From Eledone cirrhosa (lineage: Eukaryota), in contig OZ024740.1 of the NCBI GenBank assembly GCA_964016885.1, positions 433,132,001 to 433,196,000 of the forward strand: a stretch of DNA of 64,000 nucleotides, in the 5' to 3' direction. Position 1 is the stretch's first letter. The number at the start of each line of letters is the position of its first letter. This document shows positions 39,201 through 54,100 of this stretch, in pieces. Below the pieces are notes generated by a model. It worked only from the letters and a program-made list of their open reading frames with translations. It ran no database searches and was not told where the DNA came from. Both the position numbers and the translations under genes were made by a program.

Positions 39201-42050
39201 TGTTACAGTGATATGTTGGTGAGGACTGAGTGTTGTTACAGTGATATGTTGGTGAGGACTGAGTGTTGTTACAGTGATATGTTGGTAAGGACTGAGTGTT
39301 GTTAGAGTGATATGTTGGTGAAGACTGAGTGTTGTTACAGTGATATGTTGGTGAGGACTGAGTGTTGTTACAGTAATATGTTGGTGAGGACTGAGTGTTG
39401 TTACAGTGATATGTTGGTGAGGACTGAGTGTTGTTACAGTGATATGTTGGTGAGGACTGAGTGTTGTTACAGTGATATGTTGGTGAGGACTGAGTGTTGT
39501 TACAGTGATAGGTTGGTGAGGACTGAGTGTTGTTACAGTAATATGTTGGTGAGGACTGAGTGTTGTTACAGTGATATGTTGGTGAGGACAGAGTGTTGTT
39601 ACAGTGATATGTTGGTGAGGACTGAGTGTTGTTACAGTAATATGTTGGTGAGGACTGAGTGTTGTTAGAGTGATATGTTGGTGAGGACTGAGTGTTGTTA
39701 CAGTGATATGTTGGTGAGGACTGAGTGTTGTTACAGTAATATGTTGGTGAGGACTGAGTGTTGTTACAGTGATATGTTGGTGAGGACTGAGTGTTGTTAC
39801 AGTGATATGTTGGTGAGGACTGAGTGTTGTTACAGTGATATGTTGGTGAGGACTGAGTGTTGTTAGTGATATGTTGGTGAGGACTGAGTGTTGTTACAGT
39901 GATATGTTGGTGAGGACTGAGTGTTGTTACAGTGATATGTTGGTAAGGACTGAGTGTTGTTAGAGTGATATGTTGGTGAGGACTGAGTGTTGTTACAGTG
40001 ATATGTTGGTGAGGACTGAGTGTTGTTACAGTGATATGTTGGTGAGGACTGAGTGTTGTTACAGTGATATGTTGGTGAGGACTGAGTGTTGTTACAGTGA
40101 TATGTTGGTGAGGACTGAGTGTTGTTACAGTGATATGTTGGTGAGGACTGAGTGTTGTTAGTGATATGTTGGTGAGGACTGAGTGTTGTTACAGTGATAT
40201 GTTGGTGAGGACAGTGTTGTTACAGTGATATGTTGGTGAGGACTGAGTGTTGTTACAGTGATATGTTGGTGAGGACTGAGTGTTGTTACAGTAATATGTT
40301 GGTGAGGACTGAGTGTTGTTACAGTGATATGTTGGTGAGGACTGAGTGTTGTTACAGTAATATGTTGGTGAGGACTGAGTGTTGTTACAGTAATATGTTG
40401 GTGAGGACTGAGTGTTGTTACAGTGATATGTTGGTGAGGACTGAGTGTTGTTACAGTGATATGTTGGTGAGGACTGAGTGTTGTTACAGTAATAGGTTGG
40501 TGAGGACTGAGTGTTGTTACAGTGATATGTTGGTGAGGACTGAGTGTTGTTACAGTAATAGGTTGGTGAGGACTGAGTGTTGTTACAGTGATATGTTGGT
40601 GAGGACTGAGTGTTGTTACAGTGATATGTTGGTGAGGACAGAGTGTTGTTACAGTGATATGTTGGTGAGGACTGAGTGTTGTTACAGTGATATGTTGGTG
40701 AGGACTGAGTGTTGTTACAGTGATATGTTGGTGAGGACTGAGTGTTACAGTAATATGTTGGTGAGGACTGAGTGTTGTTACAGTGATATGTTGGTGAGGA
40801 CTGAGTGTTGTTACAGTGATATGTTGGTGAGGACAGAGTGTTGTTACAGTGATATGTTGGTGAGGACTGAGTGTTGTTACAGTGATATGTTGGTGAGGAC
40901 TGAGTGTTGTTACAGTAATATGTTGGTGAGGACTGAGTGTTGTTACAGTGATATGTTGGTGAGGACTGAGTGTTGTTACAGTAATATGTTGGTGAGGACT
41001 GAGTGTTGTTACAGTGATATGTTGGTGAGGACTGAGTGTTGTTACAGTAATATGTTGGTGAGGACTGAGTGTTGTTACAGTGATATGTTGGTGAGGACTG
41101 AGTGTTGTTACAGTGATATGTTGGTGAGGACAGAGTGTTGTTACAGTGATATGTTGGTGAGGACTGAGTGTTGTTACAGTGATATGTTGGTGAGGACTGA
41201 GTGTTGTTACAGTAATATGTTGGTGAGGACTGAGTGTTGTTACAGTGATAGGTTGGTGAGGACTGAGTGTTGTTACAGTAATAGGTTGGTGAGGACTGAG
41301 TGTTGTTACAGTGATATGTTGGTGAGGACTGAGTGTTGTTACAGTGATATGTTGGTGAGGACAGAGTGTTGTTACAGTAATATGTTGGTGAGGACTGAGT
41401 GTTGTTACAGTGATATGTTGGTGAGGACTGAGTGTTGTTACAGTGATATGTTGGTGAGGACTGAGTGTTGTTACAGTGATATGTTGGTGAGGACAGTGTT
41501 GTTACAGTGTTATGTTGGTGAGGACTGAGTGTTGTTACAGTGATATGTTGGTAAGGACTGAGTGTTGTTACAGTAATAGGTTGGTGAGGACTGAGTGTTG
41601 TTACAGTGATATGTTGGTGAGGACTGAGTGTTGTTACAGTGATATGTTGGTGAGGACAGTGTTGTTACAGTGATATGTTGGTGAGGACAGTGTTGTTACA
41701 GTAATATGTTGGTGAGGACTGAGTGTTGTTACAGTGATATGTTGGTGAGGACTGAGTGTTGTTACAGTGATATGTTGGTGAGGACTGAGTGTTGTTACAG
41801 TGATATGTTGGTGAGGACAGTGTTGTTACAGTGATATGTTGGTGAGGACAGTGTTGTTACAGTAATATGTTGGTGAGGACTGAGTGTTGTTACAGTGATA
41901 TGTTGGTGAGGACTGAGTGTTGTTACAGTGATATGTTGGTGAGGACTGAGTGTTGTTACAGTGATATGTTGGTGAGGACAGAGTGTTGTTACAGTGATAT
42001 GTTGGTGAGGACTGAGTGTTGGTACAGTAATAGGTTGGTGAGGACTGAGT
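36250..42050 (+). repeat. 2822-bp tandem higher-order duplication; second copy carries about 162 extra bp
   Basis: Segment starts 36490/39312, 36853/39675, 37148/39970 and 37408/40230 are all offset by 2822. The copies share the GTGAAGAC and TTAGTGAT variants. The offset grows to 2984 at 38883/41867. Confidence 0.9.
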
Positions 42051-45000
42051 GTTGTTACAGTGATATGTTGGTAAGGACTGAGTGTTGTTACAGTAATATG
42101 TTGGTGAGGACTGAGTGTTGTTACAGTGATATGTTGGTAAGGACTGAGTGTTGTTACAGTAATATGTTGGTGAGGACTGAGTGTTGTTACAGTGATATGT
42201 TGGTGAGGACTGAGTGTTGTTACAGTGATATGTTGGTGAGGACAGAGTGTTGTTACAGTAATATGTTGGTGAGGACTGAGTGTTGTTACAGTAATATGTT
42301 GGTGAGGACTGAGTGTTGTTACAGTGATATGTTGGTGAGGACTGAGTGTTGTTACAGTGATATGTTGGTGAGGACTGAGTGTTGTTACAGTGATATGTTG
42401 GTGAGGACTGAGTCTTGTTACAGTGATATGTTGGTGAGGACTGACTGTTGTTACAGTGATATGTTGGTGAGGACTGAGTGTTGTTACAGTGATATGTTGG
42501 TGAGGACTGAGTGTTGTTACAGTGATATGTTGGTGAGGACTGACTGTTGTTACAGTGATATGTTGGTGAGGACTGAGTGTTGTTACAGTGATATGTTGGT
42601 GAGGACTGACTGTTGTTACAGTGATATGTTGGTGAGGACTGAGTGTTGTTACAGTAATATGTTGGTGAGGACAGTGTTGTTACAGTAATATGTTGGTGAG
42701 GACTGAGTGTTGTTACAGTAATATGTTGGTGAGGACAGAGTGTTGTTACAGTAATATGTTGGTGAGGACTGAGTGTTGTTACAGTAATATGTTGGTGAGG
42801 ACTGAGTGTTGTTACAGTAATATGTTGGTGAGGACAGAGTGTTGTTACAGTAATATGTTGGTGAGGACTGAGTGTTGTTACAGTAATAGGTTGGTGAGGA
42901 CTGAGTGTTGTTACAGTGATATGTTGGTGAGGACAGAGTGTTGTTACAGAAATATGTTGGTGAGGACTGAGTGTTGTTACAGTGATATGTTGGTGAGGAC
43001 TGAGTGTTGTTACAGTGATAGGTTGGTGAGGACTGAGTGTTGTTACAGTAATAGGTTGGTGAGGACTGAGTGTTGTTACAGTGATATGTTGGTGAGGACA
43101 GAGTGTTGTTACAGTGATATGTTGGTGAGGACTGAGTGTTGTTACAGTAATATGTTGGTGAGGACTGAGTGTTGTTACAGTGATATGTTGGTGAGGACTG
43201 AGTGTTGTTACAGTGATATGTTGGTGAGGACTGAGTGTTGTTACAGTGATATGTTGGTGAGGACTGAGTGTTGTTACAGTGATATGTTGGTGAGGACTGA
43301 GTGTTGTTACAGTGATATGTTGGTGAGGACTGAGTGTTACAGTAATATGTTGGTGAGGACTGAGTGTTGTTACAGTGATATGTTGGTGAGGACTGAGTGT
43401 TGTTACAGTGATATGTTGGTGAGGACTGAGTGTTGTTACAGTGATATGTTGGTGAGGACTGAGTGTTGTTACAGTGATAGGTTGGTGAGGACTGAGTGTT
43501 GTTACAGTAATAGGTTGGTGAGGACTGAGTGTTGTTACAGTGATATGTTGGTGAGGACTGAGTGTTGTTACAGTGATATGTTGGTGAGGACAGAGTGTTG
43601 TTACAGTGATATGTTGGTGAGGACTGAGTGTTGTTACAGTAATATGTTGGTGAGGACTGAGTGTTGTTACAGTGATATGTTGGTGAGGACTGAGTGTTGT
43701 TACAGTAATATGTTGGTGAGGACTGAGTGTTGTTACAGTGATATGTTGGTGAGGACTGAGTGTTGTTACAGTAATATGTTGGTGAGGACTGAGTGTTGTT
43801 ACAGTGATATGTTGGTGAGGACTGAGTGTTGTTACAGTGATATGTTGGTGAGGACTGAGTGTTACAGTAATATGTTGGTGAGGACTGAGTGTTGTTACAG
43901 TGATATGTTGGTGAGGACTGAGTGTTGTTACAGTGATATGTTGGTGAGGACTGAGTGTTACAGTAATATGTTGGTGAGGACTGAGTGTTGTTACAGTGAT
44001 ATGTTGGTGAGGACTGAGTGTTGTTAGTGATATGTTGGTGAGGACTGAGTGTTACAGTGATATGTTGGTGAGGACTGAGTGTTACAGTAATATGTTGGTG
44101 AGGACTGAGTGTTATTACAGTGATATGTTGGTGAGGACAGAGTGTTGTTACAGTGATATGTTAGTGAGGACTGAGTGTTGTTACAGTAATATGTTGGTGA
44201 GGACTGAGTGTTGTTACAGTGATATGTTGGTGAGGACTGAGTGTTGTTACAGTAATATGTTGGTGAAGACTGAGTGTTGTTACAGTGATATGTTGGTGAG
44301 GACTGACTGTTGTTACAGTGATATGTTGGTGAGGAGTGAGTGTTGTTACAGTGATATGTTGGTGAGGACTGAGTGTTGTTACAGTAATATGTTGGTGAGG
44401 ACTGAGTGTTGTTACAGTGATATGTTGGTGAGGACAGTGTTGTTACAGTGATATGTTGGTGAGGACTGAGTGTTGTTACAGTGATATGTTGGTGAGGACT
44501 GAGTGTTGTTACAGTAATATGTTGGTGAGGACTGAGTGTTGTTACAGTAATATGTTGGTGAGGACTGAGTGTTGTTACAGTGATATGTTGGTGAGGACTG
44601 AGTGTTGTTACAGTGATAGGTTGGTGAGGACTGAGTGTTGTTACAGTAATAGGTTGGTGAGGACTGAGTGTTGTTACAGTGATATGTTGGTGAGGACAGA
44701 GTGTTGTTACAGTGATATGTTGGTGAGGACTGAGTGTTGTTACAGTAATATGTTGGTGAGGACTGAGTGTTGTTACAGTGATATGTTGGTGAGGACTGAG
44801 TGTTGTTACAGTGATATGTTGGTGAGGACTGAGTGTTGTTACAGTGATATGTTGGTGAGGACTGAGTGTTGTTACAGTGATATGTTGGTGAGGACTGAGT
44901 GTTGTTACAGTGATATGTTGGTGAGGACTGAGTGTTACAGTAATATGTTGGTGAGGACTGAGTGTTGTTACAGTGATATGTTGGTGAGGACTGAGTGTTG

Positions 45001-48000
45001 TTACAGTGATATGTTGGTGAGGACTGAGTGTTGTTACAGTGATATGTTGGTGAGGACTGAGTGTTGTTACAGTGATAGGTTGGTGAGGACTGAGTGTTGT
45101 TACAGTAATAGGTTGGTGAGGACTGAGTGTTGTTACAGTGATATGTTGGTGAGGACTGAGTGTTGTTACAGTGATATGTTGGTGAGGACAGAGTGTTGTT
45201 ACAGTGATATGTTGGTGAGGACTGAGTGTTGTTACAGTAATATGTTGGTGAGGACTGAGTGTTGTTACAGTGATATGTTGGTGAGGACTGAGTGTTGTTA
45301 CAGTAATATGTTGGTGAGGACTGAGTGTTGTTACAGTGATATGTTGGTGAGGACTGAGTGTTGTTACAGTAATATGTTGGTGAGGACTGAGTGTTGTTAC
45401 AGTGATATGTTGGTGAGGACTGAGTGTTGTTACAGTGATATGTTGGTGAGGACTGAGTGTTACAGTAATATGTTGGTGAGGACTGAGTGTTGTTACAGTG
45501 ATATGTTGGTGAGGACTGAGTGTTGTTACAGTGATATTTTGGTGAGGACTGAGTGTTACAGTAATATGTTGGTGAGGACTGAGTGTTGTTACAGTGATAT
45601 GTTGGTGAGGACTGAGTGTTGTTAGTGATATGTTGGTGAGGACTGAGTGTTACAGTGATATGTTGGTGAGGACTGAGTGTTACAGTAATATGTTGGTGAG
45701 GACTGAGTGTTATTACAGTGATATGTTGGTGAGGACAGAGTGTTGTTACAGTGATATGTTAGTGAGGACTGAGTGTTGTTACAGTAATATGTTGGTGAGG
45801 ACTGAGTGTTGTTACAGTGATATGTTGGTGAGGACTGAGTGTTGTTACAGTAATATGTTGGTGAAGACTGAGTGTTGTTACAGTGATATGTTGGTGAGGA
45901 CTGACTGTTGTTACAGTGATATGTTGGTGAGGAGTGAGTGTTGTTACAGTGATATGTTGGTGAGGACTGAGTGTTGTTACAGTAATATGTTGGTGAGGAC
46001 TGAGTGTTGTTACAGTGATATGTTGGTGAGGACAGTGTTGTTACAGTGATATGTTGGTGAGGACTGAGTGTTGTTACAGTGATATGTTGGTGAGGACTGA
46101 GTGTTGTTACAGTAATATGTTGGTGAGGACTGAGTGTTGTTACAGTAATATGTTGGTGAGGACTGAGTGTTGTTACAGTGATATGTTGGTGAGGACTGAG
46201 TGTTGTTACAGTGATAGGTTGGTGAGGACTGAGTGTTGTTACAGTGATATGTTGGTGAGGACTGAGTGTTGTTACAGTAATATGTTGGTGAGGACTGAGT
46301 GTTGTTACAGTGATATGTTGGTGAGGACTGAGTGTTGTTACAGTAATATGTTGGTGAGGACTGAGTGTTGTTACAGTAATATGGTGAGGACTGAGTGTTG
46401 TTACAGTGATATGTTGGTGAGGACTGAGTGTTGTTACAGTGATATGTTGGTGAGGACTGAGTGTTGTTACAGTAATATGTTGGTGAGGACTGAGTGTTGT
46501 TACAGTGATAGGTTGGTGAGGACTGAGTGTTGTTACAGTGATATGTTGGTGAGGACTGAGTGTTACAGTGATAGGTTGGTGAGGACTGAGTGTTGTTACA
46601 GTAATAGGTTGGTGAGGACTGAGTGTTGTTACAGTGATATGTTGGTGAGGACTGAGTGTTGTTACAGTGATATGTTGGTGAGGACTGAGTGTTGTTACAG
46701 TGATATGTTGGTGAGGACTGAGTGTTGTTACAGTGATATGTTGGTGAGGACTGAGTGTTACAGTAATATGTTGGTGAGGACTGAGTGTTGTTACAGTGAT
46801 ATGTTGGTGAGGACTGAGTGTTGTTACAGTGATATGTTGGTGAGGACAGAGTGTTGTTACAGTGATATGTTGGTGAGGACTGAGTGTTGTTACAGTGATA
46901 TGTTGGTGAGGACTGAGTGTTGTTACAGTAATATGTTGGTGAGGACTGAGTGTTGTTACAGTGATATGTTGGTGAGGACTGAGTGTTGTTACAGTAATAT
47001 GTTGGTGAGGACTGAGTGTTGTTACAGTGATATGTTGGTGAGGACTGAGTGTTGTTACAGTAATATGTTGGTGAGGACTGAGTGTTGTTACAGTGATATG
47101 TTGGTGAGGACTGAGTGTTGTTACAGTGATATGTTGGTGAGGACAGAGTGTTGTTACAGTGATATGTTGGTGAGGACTGAGTGTTGTTACAGTGATATGT
47201 TGGTGAGGACTGAGTGTTGTTACAGTAATATGTTGGTGAGGACTGAGTGTTGTTACAGTGATAGGTTGGTGAGGACTGAGTGTTGTTACAGTAATAGGTT
47301 GGTGAGGACTGAGTGTTGTTACAGTGATATGTTGGTGAGGACTGAGTGTTGTTACAGTGATATGTTGGTGAGGACAGAGTGTTGTTACAGTAATATGTTG
47401 GTGAGGACTGAGTGTTGTTACAGTGATATGTTGGTGAGGACTGAGTGTTGTTACAGTGATATGTTGGTGAGGACTGAGTGTTGTTACAGTGATATGTTGG
47501 TGAGGACAGTGTTGTTACAGTGTTATGTTGGTGAGGACTGAGTGTTGTTACAGTGATATGTTGGTAAGGACTGAGTGTTGTTACAGTAATAGGTTGGTGA
47601 GGACTGAGTGTTGTTACAGTGATATGTTGGTGAGGACTGAGTGTTGTTACAGTGATATGTTGGTGAGGACAGTGTTGTTACAGTGATATGTTGGTGAGGA
47701 CAGTGTTGTTACAGTAATATGTTGGTGAGGACTGAGTGTTGTTACAGTGATATGTTGGTGAGGACTGAGTGTTGTTACAGTGATATGTTGGTGAGGACTG
47801 AGTGTTGTTACAGTGATATGTTGGTGAGGACAGTGTTGTTACAGTGATATGTTGGTGAGGACAGTGTTGTTACAGTAATATGTTGGTGAGGACTGAGTGT
47901 TGTTACAGTGATATGTTGGTGAGGACTGAGTGTTGTTACAGTGATATGTTGGTGAGGACTGAGTGTTGTTACAGTGATATGTTGGTGAGGACAGAGTGTT

Positions 48001-51000
48001 GTTACAGTGATATGTTGGTGAGGACTGAGTGTTGGTACAGTAATAGGTTGGTGAGGACTGAGTGTTGTTACAGTGATATGTTGGTAAGGACTGAGTGTTG
48101 TTACAGTAATATGTTGGTGAGGACTGAGTGTTGTTACAGTGATATGTTGGTAAGGACTGAGTGTTGTTACAGTAATATGTTGGTGAGGACTGAGTGTTGT
48201 TACAGTGATATGTTGGTGAGGACTGAGTGTTGTTACAGTGATATGTTGGTGAGGACAGAGTGTTGTTACAGTAATATGTTGGTGAGGACTGAGTGTTGTT
48301 ACAGTAATATGTTGGTGAGGACTGAGTGTTGTTACAGTGATATGTTGGTGAGGACTGAGTGTTGTTACAGTGATATGTTGGTGAGGACTGAGTGTTGTTA
48401 CAGTGATATGTTGGTGAGGACTGAGTCTTGTTACAGTGATATGTTGGTGAGGACTGACTGTTGTTACAGTGATATGTTGGTGAGGACTGAGTGTTGTTAC
48501 AGTGATATGTTGGTGAGGACTGAGTGTTGTTACAGTGATATGTTGGTGAGGACTGACTGTTGTTACAGTGATATGTTGGTGAGGACTGAGTGTTGTTACA
48601 GTGATATGTTGGTGAGGACTGACTGTTGTTACAGTGATATGTTGGTGAGGACTGAGTGTTGTTACAGTAATATGTTGGTGAGGACAGTGTTGTTACAGTA
48701 ATATGTTGGTGAGGACTGAGTGTTGTTACAGTAATATGTTGGTGAGGACAGAGTGTTGTTACAGTAATATGTTGGTGAGGACTGAGTGTTGTTACAGTAA
48801 TATGTTGGTGAGGACTGAGTGTTGTTACAGTAATATGTTGGTGAGGACAGAGTGTTGTTACAGTAATATGTTGGTGAGGACTGAGTGTTGTTACAGTAAT
48901 AGGTTGGTGAGGACTGAGTGTTGTTACAGTGATATGTTGGTGAGGACAGAGTGTTGTTACAGAAATATGTTGGTGAGGACTGAGTGTTGTTACAGTGATA
49001 TGTTGGTGAGGACTGAGTGTTGTTACAGTGATAGGTTGGTGAGGACTGAGTGTTGTTACAGTAATAGGTTGGTGAGGACTGAGTGTTGTTACAGTGATAT
49101 GTTGGTGAGGACAGAGTGTTGTTACAGTGATATGTTGGTGAGGACTGAGTGTTGTTACAGTAATATGTTGGTGAGGACTGAGTGTTGTTACAGTGATATG
49201 TTGGTGAGGACTGAGTGTTGTTACAGTGATATGTTGGTGAGGACTGAGTGTTGTTACAGTGATATGTTGGTGAGGACTGAGTGTTGTTACAGTGATATGT
49301 TGGTGAGGACTGAGTGTTGTTACAGTGATATGTTGGTGAGGACTGAGTGTTACAGTAATATGTTGGTGAGGACTGAGTGTTGTTACAGTGATATGTTGGT
49401 GAGGACTGAGTGTTGTTACAGTGATATGTTGGTGAGGACTGAGTGTTGTTACAGTGATATGTTGGTGAGGACTGAGTGTTGTTACAGTGATAGGTTGGTG
49501 AGGACTGAGTGTTGTTACAGTAATAGGTTGGTGAGGACTGAGTGTTGTTACAGTGATATGTTGGTGAGGACTGAGTGTTGTTACAGTGATATGTTGGTGA
49601 GGACAGAGTGTTGTTACAGTGATATGTTGGTGAGGACTGAGTGTTGTTACAGTAATATGTTGGTGAGGACTGAGTGTTGTTACAGTGATATGTTGGTGAG
49701 GACTGAGTGTTGTTACAGTAATATGTTGGTGAGGACTGAGTGTTGTTACAGTGATATGTTGGTGAGGACTGAGTGTTGTTACAGTAATATGTTGGTGAGG
49801 ACTGAGTGTTGTTACAGTGATATGTTGGTGAGGACTGAGTGTTGTTACAGTGATATGTTGGTGAGGACTGAGTGTTACAGTAATATGTTGGTGAGGACTG
49901 AGTGTTGTTACAGTGATATGTTGGTGAGGACTGAGTGTTGTTACAGTGATATGTTGGTGAGGACTGAGTGTTACAGTAATATGTTGGTGAGGACTGAGTG
50001 TTGTTACAGTGATATGTTGGTGAGGACTGAGTGTTGTTAGTGATATGTTGGTGAGGACTGAGTGTTACAGTGATATGTTGGTGAGGACTGAGTGTTACAG
50101 TAATATGTTGGTGAGGACTGAGTGTTATTACAGTGATATGTTGGTGAGGACAGAGTGTTGTTACAGTGATATGTTAGTGAGGACTGAGTGTTGTTACAGT
50201 AATATGTTGGTGAGGACTGAGTGTTGTTACAGTGATATGTTGGTGAGGACTGAGTGTTGTTACAGTAATATGTTGGTGAAGACTGAGTGTTGTTACAGTG
50301 ATATGTTGGTGAGGACTGACTGTTGTTACAGTGATATGGTGGTGAGGGGTGAGTGTTGTTACAGTGATATGTTGGTGAGGACTGAGTGTTGTTACAGTAA
50401 TATGTTGGTGAGGACTGAGTGTTGTTACAGTGATATGTTGGTGAGGACAGTGTTGTTACAGTGATATGTTGGTGAGGACTGAGTGTTGTTACAGTGATAT
50501 GTTGGTGAGGACTGAGTGTTGTTACAGTAATATGTTGGTGAGGACTGAGTGTTGTTACAGTAATATGTTGGTGAGGACTGAGTGTTGTTACAGTGATATG
50601 TTGGTGAGGACTGAGTGTTGTTACAGTGATAGGTTGGTGAGGACTGAGTGTTGTTACAGTGATATGTTGGTGAGGACTGAGTGTTGTTACAGTAATATGT
50701 TGGTGAGGACTGAGTGTTGTTACAGTGATATGTTGGTGAGGACTGAGTGTTGTTACAGTAATATGTTGGTGAGGACTGAGTGTTGTTACAGTAATATGGT
50801 GAGGACTGAGTGTTGTTACATGATATGTTGGTGAGGACTGAGTGTTGTTACAGTGATATGTTGGTGAGGACTGAGTGTTGTTACAGTAATATGTTGGTGA
50901 GGACTGAGTGTTGTTACAGTGATAGGTTGGTGAGGACTGAGTGTTGTTACAGTGATATGTTGGTGAGGACTGAGTGTTACAGTGATAGGTTGGTGAGGAC

Positions 51001-51100
51001 TGAGTGTTGTTACAGTAATAGGTTGGTGAGGACTGAGTGTTGTTACAGTGATATGTTGGTGAGGACTGAGTGTTGTTACAGTGATATGTTGGTGAGGACT
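40700..51100 (+). repeat. 4415-bp higher-order unit in tandem, with a nested 1598-bp duplication in the first copy (apparent offset 6013)
   Basis: Offset 6013 at 41867/47880, 42690/48703 and 44032/50045. Offset 1598 at 44032/45630 and 44453/46051. Offset 4415 at 46051/50466 and at the ATGGTGAGG deletion monomer 46381/50796. 6013 = 4415 + 1598. Confidence 0.9.
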
Positions 51101-54100
51101 GAGTGTTGTTACAGTGATATGTTGGTGAGGACTGAGTGTTGTTACAGTAATATGTTGGTGAGGACTGAGTGTTGTTACAGTGATATGTTGGTGAGGACTG
51201 AGTGTTGTTACAGTAATATGTTGGTGAGGACTGAGTGTTGTTACAGTAATATGTTGGTGAGGACTGAGTGTTGTTACAGTAATATGTTGGTGAGGACTGA
51301 GTGTTGTTACAGTAATATGTTGGTGAGGACTGAGTGTTGTTACAGTGATATGTTGGTGAGGACTGAGTGTTGTTACAGTGATATGTTGGTGAGGACTGAG
51401 TGTTGTTACAGTGATATGTTGGTGAGGACTGAGTGTTGTTACAGTAATATGATGGTGAGGACTGAGTGTTGTTACAGTGATATGTTGGTGAGGACTGAGT
51501 GTTGTTACAGTGATAGGTTGGTGAGGACTGAGTGTTGTTACAGTGATAGGTTGGTGAGGACTGAGTGTTACAGTGATAGGTTGGTGAGGACTGAGTGTTG
51601 TTACAGTAATAGGTTGGTGAGGACTGAGTGTTGTTACAGTGATACGTTGGTGAGGACTGAGTGTTGTTACAGTGATATGTTGGTGAGGACTGAGTGTTGT
51701 TACAGTGATATGTTGGTGAGGACTGAGTGTTGTTACAGTAATATGTTGGTGAGGACTGAGTGTTGTTACAGTAATATGTTGGTGAGGACTGAGTGTTGTT
51801 ACAGTGATATGTTGGTGAGGACAGAGTGTTGTTACAGTGATATGTTGGTGAGGACTGAGTGTTGTTACAGTGATATGTTGGTGAGGACAGAGTGTTGTTA
51901 CAGTGATATGTTGGTGAGGACAGAGTGTTGTTACAGTGATATGTTGGTGAGGACTGAGTGTTGTTACAGTGATATGTTGGTGAGGACTGAGTGTTGTTAC
52001 AGTAATATGTTGGTGAGGACTGAGTGTTGTTACAGTAATATGTTGGTGAGGACTGAGTGTTGTTACAGTGATATGTTGGTGAGGACTGAGTGTTGTTACA
52101 GTAATATGTTGGTGAGGACTGAGTGTTTTTACAGTAATATGTTGGTGAGGACTGAGTGTTGTTACAGTGATATGTTGGTGAGGACTGAGTGTTGTTACAG
52201 TGATATGTTGGTGAGGACTGAGTGTTGTTACAGTAATAGGTTGGTGAGGACTGAGTGTTGTTACAGTGATATGTTGGTGAGGACTGAGTGTTGTTACAGT
52301 AATAGGTTGGTGAGGACTGAGTGTTGTTACAGTGATATGTTGGTGAGGACTGAGTGTTGTTACAGTGATATGTTGGTGAGGACTGAGTGTTGTTACAGTG
52401 ATATGTTGGTGAGGACTGAGTGTTACAGTAATATGTTGGTGAGGACTGAGTGTTGTTACAGTGATATGTTGGTGAGGACTGAGTGTTGTTACAGTGATAT
52501 GTTGGTGAGGACAGAGTGTTGTTACAGTGATATGTTGGTGAGGACTGAGTGTTGTTACAGTGATAGGTTGGTGAGGACTGAGTGTTGTTACAGTAATATG
52601 TTGGTGAGGACTGAGTGTTGTTACAGTGATATGTTGGTGAGGACTGAGTGTTGTTACAGTGATATGTTGGTGAGGACAGAGTGTTGTTACAGTAATATGT
52701 TGGTGAGGACTGAGTGTTGTTACAGTGATATGTTGGTGAGGACTGAGTGTTGTTACAGTGATATGTTGGTGAGGACAGAGTGTTGTTACAGTAATATGTT
52801 GGTGAGGACTGAGTGTTGTTACAGTGATATGTTGGTGAGGACTGAGTGTTGTTACAGTGATATGTTGGTGAGGACTGAGTGTTGTTACAGTGATATGTTG
52901 GTGAGGACAGTGTTGTTACAGTGTTATGTTGGTGAGGACTGAGTGTTGTTACAGTGATATGTTGGTAAGGACTGAGTGTTGTTACAGTAATAGGTTGGTG
53001 AGGACTGAGTGTTGTTACAGTGATATGTTGGTGAGGACTGAGTGTTGTTACAGTGATATGTTGGTGAGGACAGTGTTGTTACAGTGATATGTTGGTGAGG
53101 ACAGTGTTGTTACAGTAATATGTTGGTGAGGACTGAGTGTTGTTACAGTGATATGTTGGTGAGGACTGAGTGTTGTTACAGTGATATGTTGGTGAGGACT
53201 GAGTGTTGTTACAGTGATATGTTGGTGAGGACAGTGTTGTTACAGTGATATGTTGGTGAGGACAGTGTTGTTACAGTAATATGTTGGTGAGGACTGAGTG
53301 TTGTTACAGTGATATGTTGGTGAGGACTGAGTGTTGTTACAGTGATATGTTGGTGAGGACTGAGTGTTGTTACAGTGATATGTTGGTGAGGACAGAGTGT
53401 TGTTACAGTGATAGGTTGGTGAGGACTGAGTGTTGTTACAGTAATAGGTTGGTGAGGACTGAGTGTTGTTACAGTGATATGTTGGTGAGGACTGAGTGTT
53501 GTTACAGTAATAGGTTGGTGAGGACTGAGTGTTGTTACAGTGATATGTTGGTGAGGACTGAGTGTTGTTACAGTGATATGTTGGTGAGGACTGAGTGTTG
53601 TTACAGTGATATGTTGGTGAGGACTGAGTGTTACAGTAATATGTTGGTGAGGACTGAGTGTTGTTACAGTGATATGTTGGTGAGGACTGAGTGTTGTTAC
53701 AGTGATATGTTGGTGAGGACAGAGTGTTGTTACAGTGATATGTTGGTGAGGACTGAGTGTTGTTACAGTGATAGGTTGGTGAGGACTGAGTGTTGTTACA
53801 GTAATATGTTGGTGAGGACTGAGTGTTGTTACAGTAATAGGTTGGTGAGGACTGAGTGTTGTTACAGTGATATGTTGGTGAGGACTGAGTGTTGTTACAG
53901 TGATATGTTGGTGAGGACTGAGTGTTGTTACAGTGATATGTTGGTGAGGACTGAGTGTTGTTACAGTGATATGTTGGTGAGGACTGAGTGTTGTTACAGT
54001 GATATGTTGGTGAGGACAGAGTGTTGTTACAGTAATATGTTGGTGAGGACTGAGTGTTGTTACAGTGATATGTTGGTGAGGACTGAGTGTTGTTACAGTG

